Positions 63,163-64,000 of a stretch of DNA of 64,000 bases are shown here, piece after piece. Under the pieces are notes generated by a model that was not told where the DNA came from, did not search any database, and was given only the letters and a program-made list of their open reading frames with translations. The position numbers were made by a program, and so were the translations under genes. Source of the stretch: Calditrichia bacterium (GTDB taxonomy: Bacteria; Calditrichota; Calditrichia; JAJRVZ01); assembly GCA_963796965.1 (NCBI GenBank), contig CAWCNS010000009.1:708254-772253 (forward strand), written 5' to 3'. Position 1 is the stretch's first letter. Every line of letters starts with the position of its first letter.

Positions 63163-64000
63163 CTACGGGGAGGGGAGCGAAGCGATGCTGACAGCTTCGT
63201 GAGTCCATGGCCGTTTCCTTTCGACCCCGGCGCCGACGGCACGGCGCGGTGCCAGCGCCGACATGAAGCTGTCACGCGAGGCCTGGCGGCGCGTCCGGCT
63301 TGCGATCACCCGGCTAATCGCCTCGGCGAGCCGTGCGATCAGGCGGCCGAGTGGATCGAGCAGCCACCGTTGCAACCGCGAGCACGCCTCCGCCGTCGAC
63401 ATCGACCGGGATCTCGCGAAGTAGTCCTCGATCGACGCGTCTCCCGTTCGACGACCTGGAGGTCCTCGACCTCGACCAGTGCCTCCAGATTGGCGAGCGA
63501 GAACGGGTCCAAGTTGAAGCTCCCCACGAGCAGACGGCGGCCGTCGACGGTGGCCAGCTTGGCGTGCAGGACCGAGCCGTTCCACTCGTGGATGTGGACG
63601 CCCGCGGCGAGTAGCCGACGATGCAGGCTCCTCGCGGCCGCCCGGGCGAAGGGAATGTCGCTCTTGCCGGCGAGCAGCAGCCGAACTCGCACCCCGCGGC
63701 GTGCGGCTGCGACGATTCCGCGCGCCACGCCCCGGTCGGGCAGGAAGTAGCCGTGGGCCACGTTGATGGCATGGTGCGCCCCGGCGAACGCCCGAAGATA
63801 TCGCCGCCGCAGACGCCAACCTCCCGCGGCCGCAGAGGAAGATGCGCAGCGAGCTGTCGACCGGACGAAGTGGCTCGCGGCGGATCATCTGGCCGAGGCG
63901 GCACACTGGGGACCGCGGATCTCGAGCGCCAGGTCGGCCCAGCCCAGGCGCTCGCCCTCGCGTACGTTCTCGTCGCCGATGTCGATCCCGCCGAGGAAGG
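63163..64000 (-). CDS. Cardiolipin synthase/phospholipase D family protein (ClsB-like), partial, with several frameshifts
   Basis: FLGGIDIGDE..WADLALEIRGP at the window edge; GYFLPD, AARRGVRVRLLLAGKSD, HKD motif LHAKLATVD, VGSFNLDPFSLANLE. Confidence 0.85.
   Translation of the reverse strand, partial: LPRRDRHRRRERTRGRAPGLGRPGARDPRSPVCRLGQMIRREPLRPVDSSLRIFLCGRGRLASAAAISSGVRRGAPCHQRGPRLLPARPGRGARNRRSRTPRGASSAAARRQERHSLRPGGREEPASSATRRGRPHPRVERLGPARQAGHRRRPPSARGELQLGPVLARQSGGTGRGRGPPGRRTGDASIEDYFARSRSMSTAEACSRLQRWLLDPLGRLIARLAEAISRVIASRTRRQASRDSFMSALAPRRAVGAGVERKRPWTHEAVSIASLPSP

Larger units (their letters stand above)
61800..64000. other. High-GC segment of foreign origin (probable chimeric join at ~61800)
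   Basis: Line 61681-61740 has 17/60 G+C versus 45/60 for line 63601-63660. The switch occurs within a few bases and interrupts genes on both sides. Confidence 0.9.

Noticed and set aside
62055..63906. Many overlapping long ORFs in the high-GC part
   Set aside because: Expected from stop-codon scarcity at ~70% GC; only the cardiolipin synthase frames have recognisable motifs.
61800..64000. Prophage or genomic island interpretation
   Set aside because: No integrase, att site, tRNA or mobility genes; genes are cut on both sides; cargo is housekeeping-like.

Overview
Bases 1 to ~61,800 are an AT-rich bacterial chromosome segment from a diderm (TonB receptor, Tat and lipoprotein signals). An FCB-group or Calditrichota-like lineage is my inference, not verified. 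It holds about 50 mostly housekeeping, signalling and proteolysis genes: a TPR histidine kinase, lutABC, nnrE, fumC, a tetrahydrobiopterin-type pterin operon (2x PTPS-II, folE, sepiapterin-reductase-like SDR), a REC-DUF4388-ODP-like regulator, a TPP-riboswitch thiamine uptake operon (TonB receptor, thiN, Na+:solute symporter), two D-aminoacylase-like lipoproteins, tandem pepF, a BlaI/BlaR1-M23 pair with a probably leaderless promoter, arsM, aroC, exported M1-M28-PDZ and M16 peptidases, and a Tat-signal TldD with TldE. A decayed GxxExxY gene sits between short-period inverted repeats, and several gene-less intergenic pairs of similar architecture occur elsewhere, one with 16-bp MITE-like ends. 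About a dozen genes are split by single-base indels, most likely read or assembly errors. At ~61,800 the sequence switches mid-gene to ~70% GC DNA carrying a cardiolipin synthase-like gene, most likely a chimeric join or otherwise foreign DNA. I recognised no rRNA, tRNA, CRISPR array or transposase.
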